From Betaproteobacteria bacterium (GTDB taxonomy: Bacteria > Pseudomonadota > Gammaproteobacteria > Burkholderiales > SG8-41): 50,565 bases of DNA. Position numbers and translations under genes: made by a program. The notes below the pieces were generated by a model. The model did not search any database. It was not told the DNA's origin and was given only the letters and a program-made list of their open reading frames with translations. The stretch spans positions 1 through 50,565 of the forward strand of contig JBQTJV010000041.1 in NCBI GenBank assembly GCA_052386775.1. Reading direction: 5' to 3'. Below are positions 9,524-18,120 of the stretch, piece after piece (positions within the stretch are counted from its first letter, which is position 1; each line of letters begins with the position of its first letter).

Positions 9524-9985
9524 CTACCGGCGAAGCGGCCTCCTGGTCTTGATGGGCTGTGTGCGTTCCCACGCTTCGACCGGTCCTTCCTCGATGATAA
9601 ACAGCGGATGCGGCTCAGGTCTTTCAATCTCCAGGCAACGACCATGATGGGCCGGATTTCTCGCACGCAGCTTCCGCAGCAAGTGCTGCCATTCGTATTG
9701 CAGTTGACCGGCAGAGCAGCGTAGCGCGATCTTTCCGCGTACCGGCCCGCATTTTCTCCGATCGAAGCTGTAGCCGCGCGCGTCGGCCTCGGCGAGGATC
9801 ACCGCAAGGTATGCGTTGATGGCGGAGCGCGGCAACCCGTGTTCGCGGAAGCGGTGCAGTTGAGGATGCCGGCGATAGCCTATGGTTCGGCCTCCCAACA
9901 CGGCGCGCGCAAGCAGCGCTTCGCGCCATAAAGTGACCAGCCCCTGCGGGTCGAGATATTTGGGGTGTAGTGTCCAGAGTCTCAT
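9524..9985 (-). CDS. Pyrimidine dimer DNA glycosylase / endonuclease V (DenV-like, Pyr_excise) family protein
   Basis: MRLWTLHPKYLDPQGLVTLWREALLARAVLGGRTIGYRRHPQLHRF matches the remembered bacterial DenV-like N-terminus, and the C-terminal EPHPLF motif is present. ATG at 9985, 153 aa. Confidence 0.7.
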   Translation of the reverse strand: MRLWTLHPKYLDPQGLVTLWREALLARAVLGGRTIGYRRHPQLHRFREHGLPRSAINAYLAVILAEADARGYSFDRRKCGPVRGKIALRCSAGQLQYEWQHLLRKLRARNPAHHGRCLEIERPEPHPLFIIEEGPVEAWERTQPIKTRRPLRR

Positions 9986-10025
9986 GCGACGGCGACATTC
10001 CTTGCGAAACGCTCGAAGGTGTTGC

Positions 10026-10484
10026 CTATCGGCGCGGCGATCCAGCGTCCCGCAAACTGCTTCCATAGTACATCCTCGCCACGCCTGCTTCCGCCGCCGC
10101 AGCTTCGCACAGGCGGCAGGGGCGTGAGGTGGAGTAGAGAACGGCGCCGGCAAGCATCTTCCGATTCAAACGGCGCTGCGCGTCCTTGATCGCCTCGCGC
10201 TCGGCGTGGGCGTTGGAATCACCCAGCTTGACGACGCGGCTCGGTCCTTCGCCCACGACTGCCTTGTCGAGCACCAGCACGGCCCCGTACGACTGGTCGC
10301 CCCAGGACTCGGCGAGTCGCTTCATCGATTCAGCGGCTTCGTACCAGCGCCGCTGGAGAATTGCATCGGTCTGCGCGAAGCCGAGGCGTGCGGTGACGAG
10401 CCCTGCAAACAAGGAGAGGACCCGGACCAGAGCCTGCCTTCGGGTGACCTGGCGTATGAGGTCAGACACGATCATGCGATCCAC
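10026..10484 (-). CDS. CMP/dCMP-type zinc deaminase (nucleoside/nucleobase deaminase family) with a predicted N-terminal Tat signal
   Basis: Zinc-binding motifs HAEREAI and PCRLCEAA are at canonical spacing. The N-terminus is TRRQALV, then the hydrophobic stretch LSLFAGLVTARLGFA, then QTD (twin-arginine-like signal with an AxA-type cleavage site). Confidence 0.75.
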   Translation of the reverse strand: MDRMIVSDLIRQVTRRQALVRVLSLFAGLVTARLGFAQTDAILQRRWYEAAESMKRLAESWGDQSYGAVLVLDKAVVGEGPSRVVKLGDSNAHAEREAIKDAQRRLNRKMLAGAVLYSTSRPCRLCEAAAAEAGVARMYYGSSLRDAGSPRR

Positions 10485-10502
10485 GGTGGTATTCCGAACA
10501 CG

Positions 10503-10835
10503 TCAAAGCTTCCCAAAAAATTGGGTGATATCGAAACACACCCAGACCGATGAGCCGTCGGGCCTTATCCACTCTACGCGATCGAATGTTCTTCCTCCCG
10601 GCGCCTTGGCAAGCGATTGATGTCCACGTCTGCCGCCTTGAAATCTCTCCTTGAGCCATTGATATTCGGCAGCCACACCCGTTTTCCAGTCCGCGATATT
10701 GATGATAACGGCCGTATCGCAACTGCTGCCATCCCCGCCGCTGTACACGGATGCCGGCGATGGTGAAACCGGCTGCGCAATGGCCGGCGCCGAAAGAACG
10801 GTCAGCAGGACGAAAACTAACGCATGTCTGTGCAT
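10503..10835 (-). CDS. Small exported hypothetical protein (110 aa)
   Basis: Sec-type signal peptide MHRHALVFVLLTVLSAPAIA followed by QP. It is packed 9 nt after the upstream gene and 18 nt before the deaminase gene. I recognise no named family. Confidence 0.55.
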   Translation of the reverse strand: MHRHALVFVLLTVLSAPAIAQPVSPSPASVYSGGDGSSCDTAVIINIADWKTGVAAEYQWLKERFQGGRRGHQSLAKAPGGRTFDRVEWIRPDGSSVWVCFDITQFFGKL

Positions 10836-10844
10836 GGCAAGACT

Positions 10845-11198
10845 CTAGGCGGTGCGACCGCGTTTACGCGCCAGGCCCTCGACGTGCACGCGTCGCGCTT
10901 GCTCGCGACGGGCCTGCTCGCGGCGCCGGCAAGCGCGACACAGCTTCGCCGTCGATTCCACATTGCCTTTGGCGACTTCATACCACCACTTCTGTTGGGC
11001 GGCACGCCAGATTTGCGCCGCGCCGCAACTGGCGCAGGTAAAAGGGATGTCCTCATAGTAGCCGCGCGCGACAAAACTCGGCGTCCCGTAGCTATTGTAG
11101 GGCGCCAGCGCTTCTACGTTTACCTGCACCAGGCCGGGCGGGGTCGGTGTGGTGCGGTGGAGCTTACGCTGGAATTGACGTTGCTTCCGGCGCGACAT
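10845..11198 (-). CDS. Zinc-ribbon domain protein (CxxC...CxxC), hypothetical
   Basis: FTCASCGAAQIWRAAQQKWWYEVAKGNVESTAKLCRACRRRE carries two CxxC pairs. ATG at 11198 lies 1 nt after the PhzF stop. The upstream part of the track ORF overlaps PhzF out of frame. Confidence 0.6.
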   Translation of the reverse strand: MSRRKQRQFQRKLHRTTPTPPGLVQVNVEALAPYNSYGTPSFVARGYYEDIPFTCASCGAAQIWRAAQQKWWYEVAKGNVESTAKLCRACRRREQARREQARRVHVEGLARKRGRTA

Positions 11199-11199
11199 G

Positions 11200-12033
11200 C
11201 TAGAGCGTGATTTCGCCGTGAATGACGTGCACCACGTCACCGCCGACCCAAATTTCGTCTCCGTCCTTGCGTAGATAAACGCGCCCGGCTCTTCCCAGCG
11301 CGGCACCTTGGGACACGACGTAAGAGGCCCCGGCGATTCCAGAGCCGATGAGCCACTGCGCGAGGCTGGCATTGAGGCTGCCGGTCACCGGGTCTTCGAA
11401 TTTTCCGCTGCCGATGAAGGCGCGCACTTCGAACGCTGCATCGTGGTCGGCATCATGCGGGCCGACGACGCCGAGCTTAAGCGCGCCGAGCGCCGCCCAA
11501 TCGACTTTGAGCGAAAGCACCTGACGCGCGGAGCCGAGCATCACCGCGCACCACCCCGGGCCGTTGTCGATCCACTGATGCCGGACGATGTCCGACGCGG
11601 GAATCGCAAGCGCTCTGGTGATCGTGGCGAGCATCTCGGGCTCGAGCGGACCGGTACGGCGCAGCGGCGGCGCGGCGAACTCGAGGCGCGGTCCATCGCA
11701 GCGCACGCGGACGACTCCGACGCCGCACTGCTGCACGACGATATTCGGATTGCGCGGCTTTCCACCCGCAGCCAGCCAGCAGTGGCATGTCCCGAGCGTG
11801 GGGTGACCGGCGAAAGGAAGCTCGCCGAAGGGTGTGAAGATACGCACGTAGTAGTCTGCATCGGGATCGGTCGGCGGCAGCAGGAACGTCGTCTCAGAGA
11901 GATTCGTCCAGCGCGCGAGTGCGGCCATGCGCTCATCGCTCAACCCCGCGGCGTTATGCACAACCGCGAGCGGGTTTCCACTCAGAGGGTCTGCCGAGAA
12001 GACGTTGACCTGCCTGAACTCAAATGCGGACAT
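11200..12033 (-). CDS. PhzF family phenazine-biosynthesis-like isomerase
   Basis: MSAFEFRQVNVFSADPLSGNPLAVV, then LSETTFLLP, then FAGHPTLG, typical of the PhzF/YddE family. ATG 12033 is preferred over the TTG at 12048. Confidence 0.85.
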   Translation of the reverse strand: MSAFEFRQVNVFSADPLSGNPLAVVHNAAGLSDERMAALARWTNLSETTFLLPPTDPDADYYVRIFTPFGELPFAGHPTLGTCHCWLAAGGKPRNPNIVVQQCGVGVVRVRCDGPRLEFAAPPLRRTGPLEPEMLATITRALAIPASDIVRHQWIDNGPGWCAVMLGSARQVLSLKVDWAALGALKLGVVGPHDADHDAAFEVRAFIGSGKFEDPVTGSLNASLAQWLIGSGIAGASYVVSQGAALGRAGRVYLRKDGDEIWVGGDVVHVIHGEITL

Positions 12034-12393
12034 GGTTTCGCTCGCCAAGTGCCGGTAAGTCGCCGCTTGGGCGATTATGGCACGCCGGCGATGTCGACGA
12101 AAAAGGCGCCGTCATTGCCCGTTGACGCTCGGGCCGGTTCTGCCGAACTGTCTTACGGTGAAGGAGGACCCGCCTCGCTCTGATTCGATCCGATCTGCAC
12201 CTGCTGCTTCCACGTGCGGATTTACTCACGCAACTGTAACTTCTACTGCCGGCGACCTGGCTGTCGGGATGCCGCCTGACGCGAATCTTGCTGTTCTGAA
12301 CCAGTCTCCATACCTGCGCCCGCAATGGCGCGTTTCTTGCTGTCGCTACACGCGCAGCAGCTAATCGATTGGCTGCTCAGTAAGGAGTGCGAG

Positions 12394-13929
12394 ATGACAA
12401 CTAAATCGGTGTGGATGGCCACAGCGCAAATACCCGATAGACCTTCGCTGGCCGGTAATACACGAGCTGACGTCTGTATCGTCGGTGCGGGCATCGCCGG
12501 CATGACGACCGCGTATTGCCTGCTGCATGAAGGCAAGTCCGTAATCGTCCTGGACGATGGAGGTATCGGCGGCGGTATGACACAACGGACGACGGCCCAT
12601 CTGACAAACGCGATAGACGACCGGTACTTCGAAATCGAACGCCTGCACGGCCAGGACGGCGCTCGACTGGCCGCCGAAAGTCACACTGCAGCGATCGACC
12701 GGATCGAGTCCATAGTTCGTGAAGAGGGCATCGAGTGCGAGTTCGAGCGACTCGATGGCTACCTGTTTTTGCCGCCTGGCGAGTCGAAGGAACTGCTCGA
12801 ACGTGAAATGGCCGCAGTGCATCGCGCCGGCTTGGGGGGCGTCGAGCGGGTACAGCGTGCGCCCATGCCTGACTTCGATACAGGGCCCTGCTTGCGCTTT
12901 CCACGGCAGGCCCAGTTTCATCCGCTGAAGTACCTTGCGGCTCTGGCGCATGCCATGGAACGGGAAGGCGGATCCATTCACACCCGGACGCATGTCAGCC
13001 GTATCCAGGGTGGTGCGGCTCCGCGGGTGGAGACTAGCAAGGGCTATACGGTTGTCGCCGACGACATAGTGATAGCGACTAACACGCCGATCAACGATGT
13101 CGTAACACTGCACACCAAGCAGGCGTCGTATACCACGTACGTCATCGGTGCGCGGGTCCCCCGGGGTTCAGTTACCCGGGCGTTGTACTGGGATACGCGC
13201 GATCCATACCATTACGTTCGATTGGCACCTTCGGACAGCATGGAGCATGAGGTTTTGATCGTCGGCGGCGAAGATCACAAGACCGGTCAGGCAAATGATG
13301 CCGCTCAACGATTCTCACGACTCGAAGGGTGGGCGAGAGAGAGATTCCACGCGATCGCTGGCATAGAGTTTCAATGGTCCGGCCAGGTAATGGAGCCGAT
13401 CGACGGCGTGGCTTTCATCGGCCGCAACCCGGGAGACTCGTCCAATGTCTACGTCGCAACGGGCGATTCAGGCATGGGGATGACGCATGGAACCGTTGCC
13501 GGAATCCTGCTCACCGATTTGATTATGGGGCGCGAGTCTCCCTGGGCACGTTTCTATGACCCGTCGCGCAAGATGTTCCGAACACTGACTGGCTACGTAA
13601 GGGAAAATCTCAACGTGGTGGCGCAGTACGCGACCGATTACGCAACAGGGGGAGACGTGCAGTCGGCCGACGAGATAGCACCCGGGCAAGGCGCCGTCAT
13701 TCGACGCGGGTTCAGGAAGATTGCGATCTATCGCGACGAGAACGGCGTGCAACATGAATACTCAGCGGTGTGTACGCATCTTGGATGCATCGTCAGTTGG
13801 AATGGCATGGAGAAAACGTGGGATTGTCCATGCCATGGCTCGCGTTTCGATAAAGACGGACGCGTGATTGGTGGGCCCGCAAAAAGCAACCTGGCGCGCG
13901 TGCACGAGCATGCGGCCTCCACGCATTAG
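12394..13929 (+). CDS. FAD-dependent oxidoreductase fused to a C-terminal Rieske [2Fe-2S] domain
   Basis: Dinucleotide-binding motif [15 protein letters not shown] at the N-terminus. Rieske motif CTHLGCIV...CPCHGSRF at the C-terminus. ATG 12394 is preceded by TAAGGAG. Confidence 0.85.
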   Translation: MTTKSVWMATAQIPDRPSLAGNTRADVCIVGAGIAGMTTAYCLLHEGKSVIVLDDGGIGGGMTQRTTAHLTNAIDDRYFEIERLHGQDGARLAAESHTAAIDRIESIVREEGIECEFERLDGYLFLPPGESKELLEREMAAVHRAGLGGVERVQRAPMPDFDTGPCLRFPRQAQFHPLKYLAALAHAMEREGGSIHTRTHVSRIQGGAAPRVETSKGYTVVADDIVIATNTPINDVVTLHTKQASYTTYVIGARVPRGSVTRALYWDTRDPYHYVRLAPSDSMEHEVLIVGGEDHKTGQANDAAQRFSRLEGWARERFHAIAGIEFQWSGQVMEPIDGVAFIGRNPGDSSNVYVATGDSGMGMTHGTVAGILLTDLIMGRESPWARFYDPSRKMFRTLTGYVRENLNVVAQYATDYATGGDVQSADEIAPGQGAVIRRGFRKIAIYRDENGVQHEYSAVCTHLGCIVSWNGMEKTWDCPCHGSRFDKDGRVIGGPAKSNLARVHEHAASTH

Positions 13930-14055
13930 CGACAGCCCCGCCAGGCCTGGCTCCTCATTCTGAGCTTCAGCTTCCGGCAGCCACCGGAGCGAATCGCTAC
14001 CCATATCGCCTCCGATTGGCTCAAAGCGCCACCCTCGTGGGCAAAAGCGGCGAAG

Positions 14056-14433
14056 TCAGCCGCGCGTGACGTGAGCGGCAATGCACAGCCAGTGTCCTTT
14101 CCGGCGCGCCCAGACATCGGTGTATCGGCCTGCCGCGGCCTGACCGCCTGCCTTGGTGTATGTCGTGCGCCCGTGGATGATGGCGATGTCGCCCATGATC
14201 CGGATGCGCACGTCCCGGGCCTCGAGATTCGAGATCGTCGCCGGTTGTGCGATCTGCTTGAGGAAGCCCGCGCGGTCGACGAGCGAGCCGTCGGGGTTGC
14301 TGTTCAGAAAATCCTCAGACAGGTTCTTTTCGAACCAGCGCACATCGGACGCCTGGACCGATTTCATATAGCCGCTGTTGAGCTCCTGCAGGATGTAGAT
14401 GTCGACATCGTTCGCGACGGTGCTGGCTTGCAT
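14056..14433 (-). CDS. NTF2-like (SnoaL/DUF4440-type) small protein
   Basis: 125 aa. The pattern FLxxxFLxxxPDG...GDIAIIHGRTTY...RYTDVWARRKGHWLCIAAHVT is typical of DUF4440/SnoaL-like folds. ATG 14433 is preceded by GGGAGG. Confidence 0.65.
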   Translation of the reverse strand: MQASTVANDVDIYILQELNSGYMKSVQASDVRWFEKNLSEDFLNSNPDGSLVDRAGFLKQIAQPATISNLEARDVRIRIMGDIAIIHGRTTYTKAGGQAAAGRYTDVWARRKGHWLCIAAHVTRG

Positions 14434-14478
14434 GGTTTCGCCTCCCTGGGTGGTTCCGGGTGCCCGCACTCGCCTGCG

Positions 14479-14500
14479 GTATGGACAGCATTCTCCATAC
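14479..14500. promoter_or_regulatory. Candidate operator: inverted repeat GTATGGA-N8-TCCATAC between the divergent NTF2-like and ArsR-type genes
   Basis: Perfect 7-bp arms at 14479-14485 and 14494-14500, about 35 bp upstream of the ArsR-type ATG. Arms this short could be chance. Confidence 0.25.
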
Positions 14501-14534
14501 GGAGTAGCGTCTATGTTTCACGGAGAAGTGAAAT

Positions 14535-15227
14535 ATGCATGACGCACCGGAAATCTCGCGTGTCGCCCACCTTCTCGCCGACCCCGCCCGGGCAAGGATC
14601 CTCTGGACCCTGATCGACGGCACGACGCGTCCGGCCGGAGAGCTGGCTTACGCCGCGAATATTTCAGCGCAGTCGGCAAGCGCGCATCTTGCCAAGCTGG
14701 TCGGCGGCGGACTGCTCGCCGCACAAGTGCAAGGACGCCATCGCTACTTCCGGATCGCGAGCGCGGAGGTTGCCGGCGTAATCGAAGGCATAGCCTCCGT
14801 TGGCGTTTCGTCCAGGCCGCGGGTGCCGCGCCCGCCGCTGCCTTCGCCGGGCGTGCCAGTGCAGTTTCTTCACGCCCGGACCTGCTATGGCCATCTGGCC
14901 GGCGAGATGGCGGTGAAGGTTCTCGAGCGAATGCTGCACGCGCGATGGCTGACCGTGGACGGGCGCGATTTTGCCGTGACCCCGCTTGGCGAGAAGAAAT
15001 TGACCGCACTCGGTATCGATCTTCCCGCAGCTAGCCGGCCGCGGCGCGTATTCGCCCGCGCCTGCGTGGACCTTACCCAGCGGCGCGCGCATCTTGGCGG
15101 TGCGCTGGGGGATGCGCTGCTCGAACTCTATGTCGCGCGCGGCTGGGTTCAGCGCCACCGCCGTTCTCGCGTCGTCAGCATCACACCCCGGGGACGCGAC
15201 AAGTTTAGAAGCTTGTTCGGTATCTGA
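14535..15227 (+). CDS. ArsR/SmtB-type winged-helix transcriptional regulator with a C-terminal extension
   Basis: The HTH region LADPARARILWTLIDGTTRPAGELAYAANISAQSASAHLAKLVGGGLL is typical of ArsR family proteins. 230 aa. Confidence 0.8.
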   Translation: MHDAPEISRVAHLLADPARARILWTLIDGTTRPAGELAYAANISAQSASAHLAKLVGGGLLAAQVQGRHRYFRIASAEVAGVIEGIASVGVSSRPRVPRPPLPSPGVPVQFLHARTCYGHLAGEMAVKVLERMLHARWLTVDGRDFAVTPLGEKKLTALGIDLPAASRPRRVFARACVDLTQRRAHLGGALGDALLELYVARGWVQRHRRSRVVSITPRGRDKFRSLFGI

Positions 15228-15291
15228 GGCAGCTGGCTATTCGCTGTGGACGGACTTCTAGCGTTCCCGGCGAGGGACCCGCTCTTCCCAT

Positions 15292-16242
15292 TTAAACGGT
15301 GCTCTGGCGAGCGCCGGCGTCGCCGGCGCGCATTGCCTGCGCGATCGTCTCGCGGCTCCACTGCGGCGCGATGCGCTGGATGAAGTCGAGCATGTAGCTG
15401 CGCAGGTAATTCTCGCGGCGCAGTTCTATGCACGCGACCGTGGGTTCGAACAGTTTCGCCGCGTCGATGGCGCGTAGCTTCGAGTCGCGGCACGGCTCGT
15501 AGGCGATGGAGGGCAGGATCGCGATGCCCAGCCCCAGCTCCACGTAGGTCTTGACCACGTCGGCATCGATCGCGCTCAGCACGATGTTGGGCCGGATGCG
15601 GGCCGCTGCAAACGCGCGCAGCACCGCCGAGCCGCCGACAAAACTCTGGTCGAGCGTGATGATGGGATGCCTGGCGATCGCCCTCAGCGTGAGACGCTTC
15701 TCCTTCAGCAGCGGGTGACCCTTGGGCGTGATCACGCTGCGATGCAGTTCATAGCAGGGCAGCATCACCAGATCGCTTACCGACTCGGGCGGCTGGCTGC
15801 TGACGCCGATGTCGGCCTCGCCTGAAGCGACGAGTTGCGCAGTTTGTGCTGGACTCGCCTGGCGCAGGACTAACTGCACGCTGGGATGACGCCTGATGAA
15901 GTCGCGGATGACGTCGCGCAACACGTAGCGCGCGTGCATGTGCGTCGTAGCAACGACCAGGCGCCCGGCATCCTTGGCCGTGAAGTCGTCACCGATCCGC
16001 TTGAGATTCTCGGCATCGTGCAGCATGCGTCGGGCGACATCGAGGATCGCCTGGCCCGGCTCGGTGACGCCGACGATGCGGTTACCTTTGCGCACCAGGA
16101 TGGCGATGCCGATTTCCCGTTCGAGCATCTGGATCTGCTTGCTGATGCCGGGCTGCGAGGTGTGCAGCGCGGCGGCCGCCCGCGAGATGTTGAAGCCCTG
16201 TTCCGCGATGCCGTGAAGGTAACGGAGCTGCTGCAGGTTCAT
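15292..16242 (-). CDS. LysR family transcriptional regulator, CysB/Cbl subfamily-like
   Basis: Collinear similarity to remembered E. coli CysB: MNLQQLRYL, TSQPGISKQIQMLE, ATTHMHARYVL, DLVMLPCY, DADVVKTYVELGLG, LRSYMLDFIQRIAP. Confidence 0.85.
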   Translation of the reverse strand: MNLQQLRYLHGIAEQGFNISRAAAALHTSQPGISKQIQMLEREIGIAILVRKGNRIVGVTEPGQAILDVARRMLHDAENLKRIGDDFTAKDAGRLVVATTHMHARYVLRDVIRDFIRRHPSVQLVLRQASPAQTAQLVASGEADIGVSSQPPESVSDLVMLPCYELHRSVITPKGHPLLKEKRLTLRAIARHPIITLDQSFVGGSAVLRAFAAARIRPNIVLSAIDADVVKTYVELGLGIAILPSIAYEPCRDSKLRAIDAAKLFEPTVACIELRRENYLRSYMLDFIQRIAPQWSRETIAQAMRAGDAGARQSTV

Positions 16243-16251
16243 GGCCGGAAC

Positions 16252-16320
16252 TATAGCCTACGGTTATCGCACGATAGAAACAGATTCTTTTATAGCATAC
16301 GCCGGGCGGGATAGCATTGC
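16252..16320. promoter_or_regulatory. Candidate LysR-type binding region in the divergent promoter
   Basis: Direct repeat TATAGCCTACG (16252-16262) and TATAGCATACG (16291-16301), a partial third copy ATAGCA at 16311, and the palindrome TATCG-CA-CGATA (16265-16276) between them. Confidence 0.3.
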
Positions 16321-16385
16321 TCTTCACGTTCGCCCTTCGACGGGCTCTGGACGAACGGGGCGGAATCGTCAGAGAGGGATTACCC

Positions 16386-18101
16386 ATGCCGAAAATGACT
16401 GGAGCGCGCCTGTTCGCCGAGATGATGCGCGACTACGAGGTGTCGCACATCTTCTTCGTGCCGGCGTTCATGCTGAAATCGTTTGCTGAGATGGAAGACA
16501 TGCCGATCGCGCGCGTCATGGTGCACGGCGAGAAGGCAGCCGCCTACATGGCCGACGGCTACGCGCGGGCGAGCGGCAAGCCGGGTGTTTGCATGGCACA
16601 GATGATCGGTGCGTCCAACCTGGCCGCGGGTCTGCGCGATGCGCACATGGCGGGCGCCCCGGTCATCGCCATCACCGGCGGGCCCACGCCGCAGTCGCGC
16701 TACAAGCATGCCTACCAGGAAGTCGACGACATCACCCAGTTCGATGCGGTGACCCGGTTCAATGCGCAGGTCGATCACGTGGCGCGCCTGCCGGATCTGG
16801 TCAGGCAGGCGTTCAGGGTTGCCACCTCGGGCGCGCCCGGGCCGGTGCATCTGCGTATCCAGAGCCATCTCGGGCAGATTACCGAGCAGGAGGCGGAGCT
16901 CGATCCGCTGGTGGAACCGATGTATCGGCGTGCGCCGGCCTTTCGGCCCGAGCCCGAGCCGCAACGCATTCGCGATGCGGCCGCGGTGCTCGACGCCGCG
17001 CAGCGGCCCGTGATCGTCGCGGGCGGCGGCGTGATGCGCTCCGGCGCGCAGGCAGAGGTCGTGGAGTTGGCCGAGAAGCTGAACATCCCGGTCGCCACTT
17101 CGCTCAATGCCAAGGCGGCGCTGCCCGATACGCATGCGCTGAATGTCGGCGTGCCGGGCGCCTACTCGCGCGACTGCGCGAATCGTGTGCTGCACGAGGC
17201 CGATCTCGTGTTTTTCATCGGTAGCCACACCGGCGGGCAGGTGACGAACAACTGGATGTTCCCGCCACCGGGGACCAAGGTCATCCAGCTCGACATCGAC
17301 CCGGCGGAACTGGGCCGCAACTATCCGAATGCCGTGTCGATACTCGGCGATGCCAGGGCGAGCCTGCGCCACCTGATCGACGCGGTGCCGAAGCGCGCAC
17401 CGACGGCTCGCCGCGACTGGACGGAACGCGCGCAGCGCATCGTCGGGGAGTGGCGTGCAGAAAATGCCGAGATGCGCAACGCAGATGTAGCGCCGATCCG
17501 GCCCGAGCGCATCTGCAAGGAAATCTCCGAGGTGTTGCCGGGGGACGGCGTGGTCGTCTCCGATACCGGTCACGCCGGCATCTGGACCGCGCGCTTCATC
17601 GAGCTGCGCCACCCCACGCAAAGCTACTACCGCACGGCCGGCTCGCTGGGCTGGGGCTTCCCGGCGGCACTCGGCGTGAAATGCGCGCTGCCGGATCGTC
17701 CGGTGGTGTGTTTCACCGGCGACGGCGGTTTCTACTATCACATCGCCGAACTGGAGACCGCGCGCCGCCACAACATCAACGCCGTGATCGTCGTGAACAA
17801 CAACAGCGCGCTCAACCAGGAAATCAGGCTGAACGACATCGCGTATGGCGGCAAGCAACGCGGGCGGGCGGAAGAGATGTGGCGATTCCCGGATGTGAAT
17901 TTCGCGAAGATTGCCGAAGGCTTTGGCTGCGTCGGCTTGCGGGTCGAGAAGCCGGGCGACTTGGCGCAGGCGCTCCAGCAGGCGATCGCGATGAACAAGC
18001 CGGTGGTGGTGGACGTGGTCACCGACATGTACGCCATCGCGCCGCATCCCTGGACGCCGAGCGGCCGCGATTTTCATTCGTATCAGAAGACCGGCGCGTA
18101 A
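16386..18101 (+). CDS. Thiamine diphosphate-dependent enzyme (acetolactate synthase-like family), paralog 1
   Basis: HGEKAAAYMADGYARASGKPGVCM (PYR domain with catalytic Glu) and the ThDP-binding GDGGFYYH...NN motif. ATG 16386 (MPKMTGARLF). Confidence 0.88.
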   Translation: MPKMTGARLFAEMMRDYEVSHIFFVPAFMLKSFAEMEDMPIARVMVHGEKAAAYMADGYARASGKPGVCMAQMIGASNLAAGLRDAHMAGAPVIAITGGPTPQSRYKHAYQEVDDITQFDAVTRFNAQVDHVARLPDLVRQAFRVATSGAPGPVHLRIQSHLGQITEQEAELDPLVEPMYRRAPAFRPEPEPQRIRDAAAVLDAAQRPVIVAGGGVMRSGAQAEVVELAEKLNIPVATSLNAKAALPDTHALNVGVPGAYSRDCANRVLHEADLVFFIGSHTGGQVTNNWMFPPPGTKVIQLDIDPAELGRNYPNAVSILGDARASLRHLIDAVPKRAPTARRDWTERAQRIVGEWRAENAEMRNADVAPIRPERICKEISEVLPGDGVVVSDTGHAGIWTARFIELRHPTQSYYRTAGSLGWGFPAALGVKCALPDRPVVCFTGDGGFYYHIAELETARRHNINAVIVVNNNSALNQEIRLNDIAYGGKQRGRAEEMWRFPDVNFAKIAEGFGCVGLRVEKPGDLAQALQQAIAMNKPVVVDVVTDMYAIAPHPWTPSGRDFHSYQKTGA

Positions 18102-18120
18102 GCGTCGCTGGAGGATAACG

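Noticed and set aside
12034-12393. Riboswitch, sRNA or small gene in the 360-bp divergent spacer
   Set aside because: I recognised no known riboswitch core. Both track ORFs here are Arg/Cys-rich with no ribosome-binding site. There is only a 6-bp stem near the FAD-Rieske ribosome-binding site.
9480-15230. Genomic island, prophage or integrative element
   Set aside because: No integrase, transposase, tRNA gene or flanking direct repeats were seen. Only the compositional shift seen by eye is reported, at low weight.
16386-18101. Sulfoacetaldehyde acetyltransferase (Xsc) identity for the ThDP enzyme next to the CysB-type regulator
   Set aside because: The N-terminal sequence does not resemble the remembered Xsc. 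No pta, tauE or sulfite-handling genes are nearby. This stays only as a weak speculation in the operon finding.
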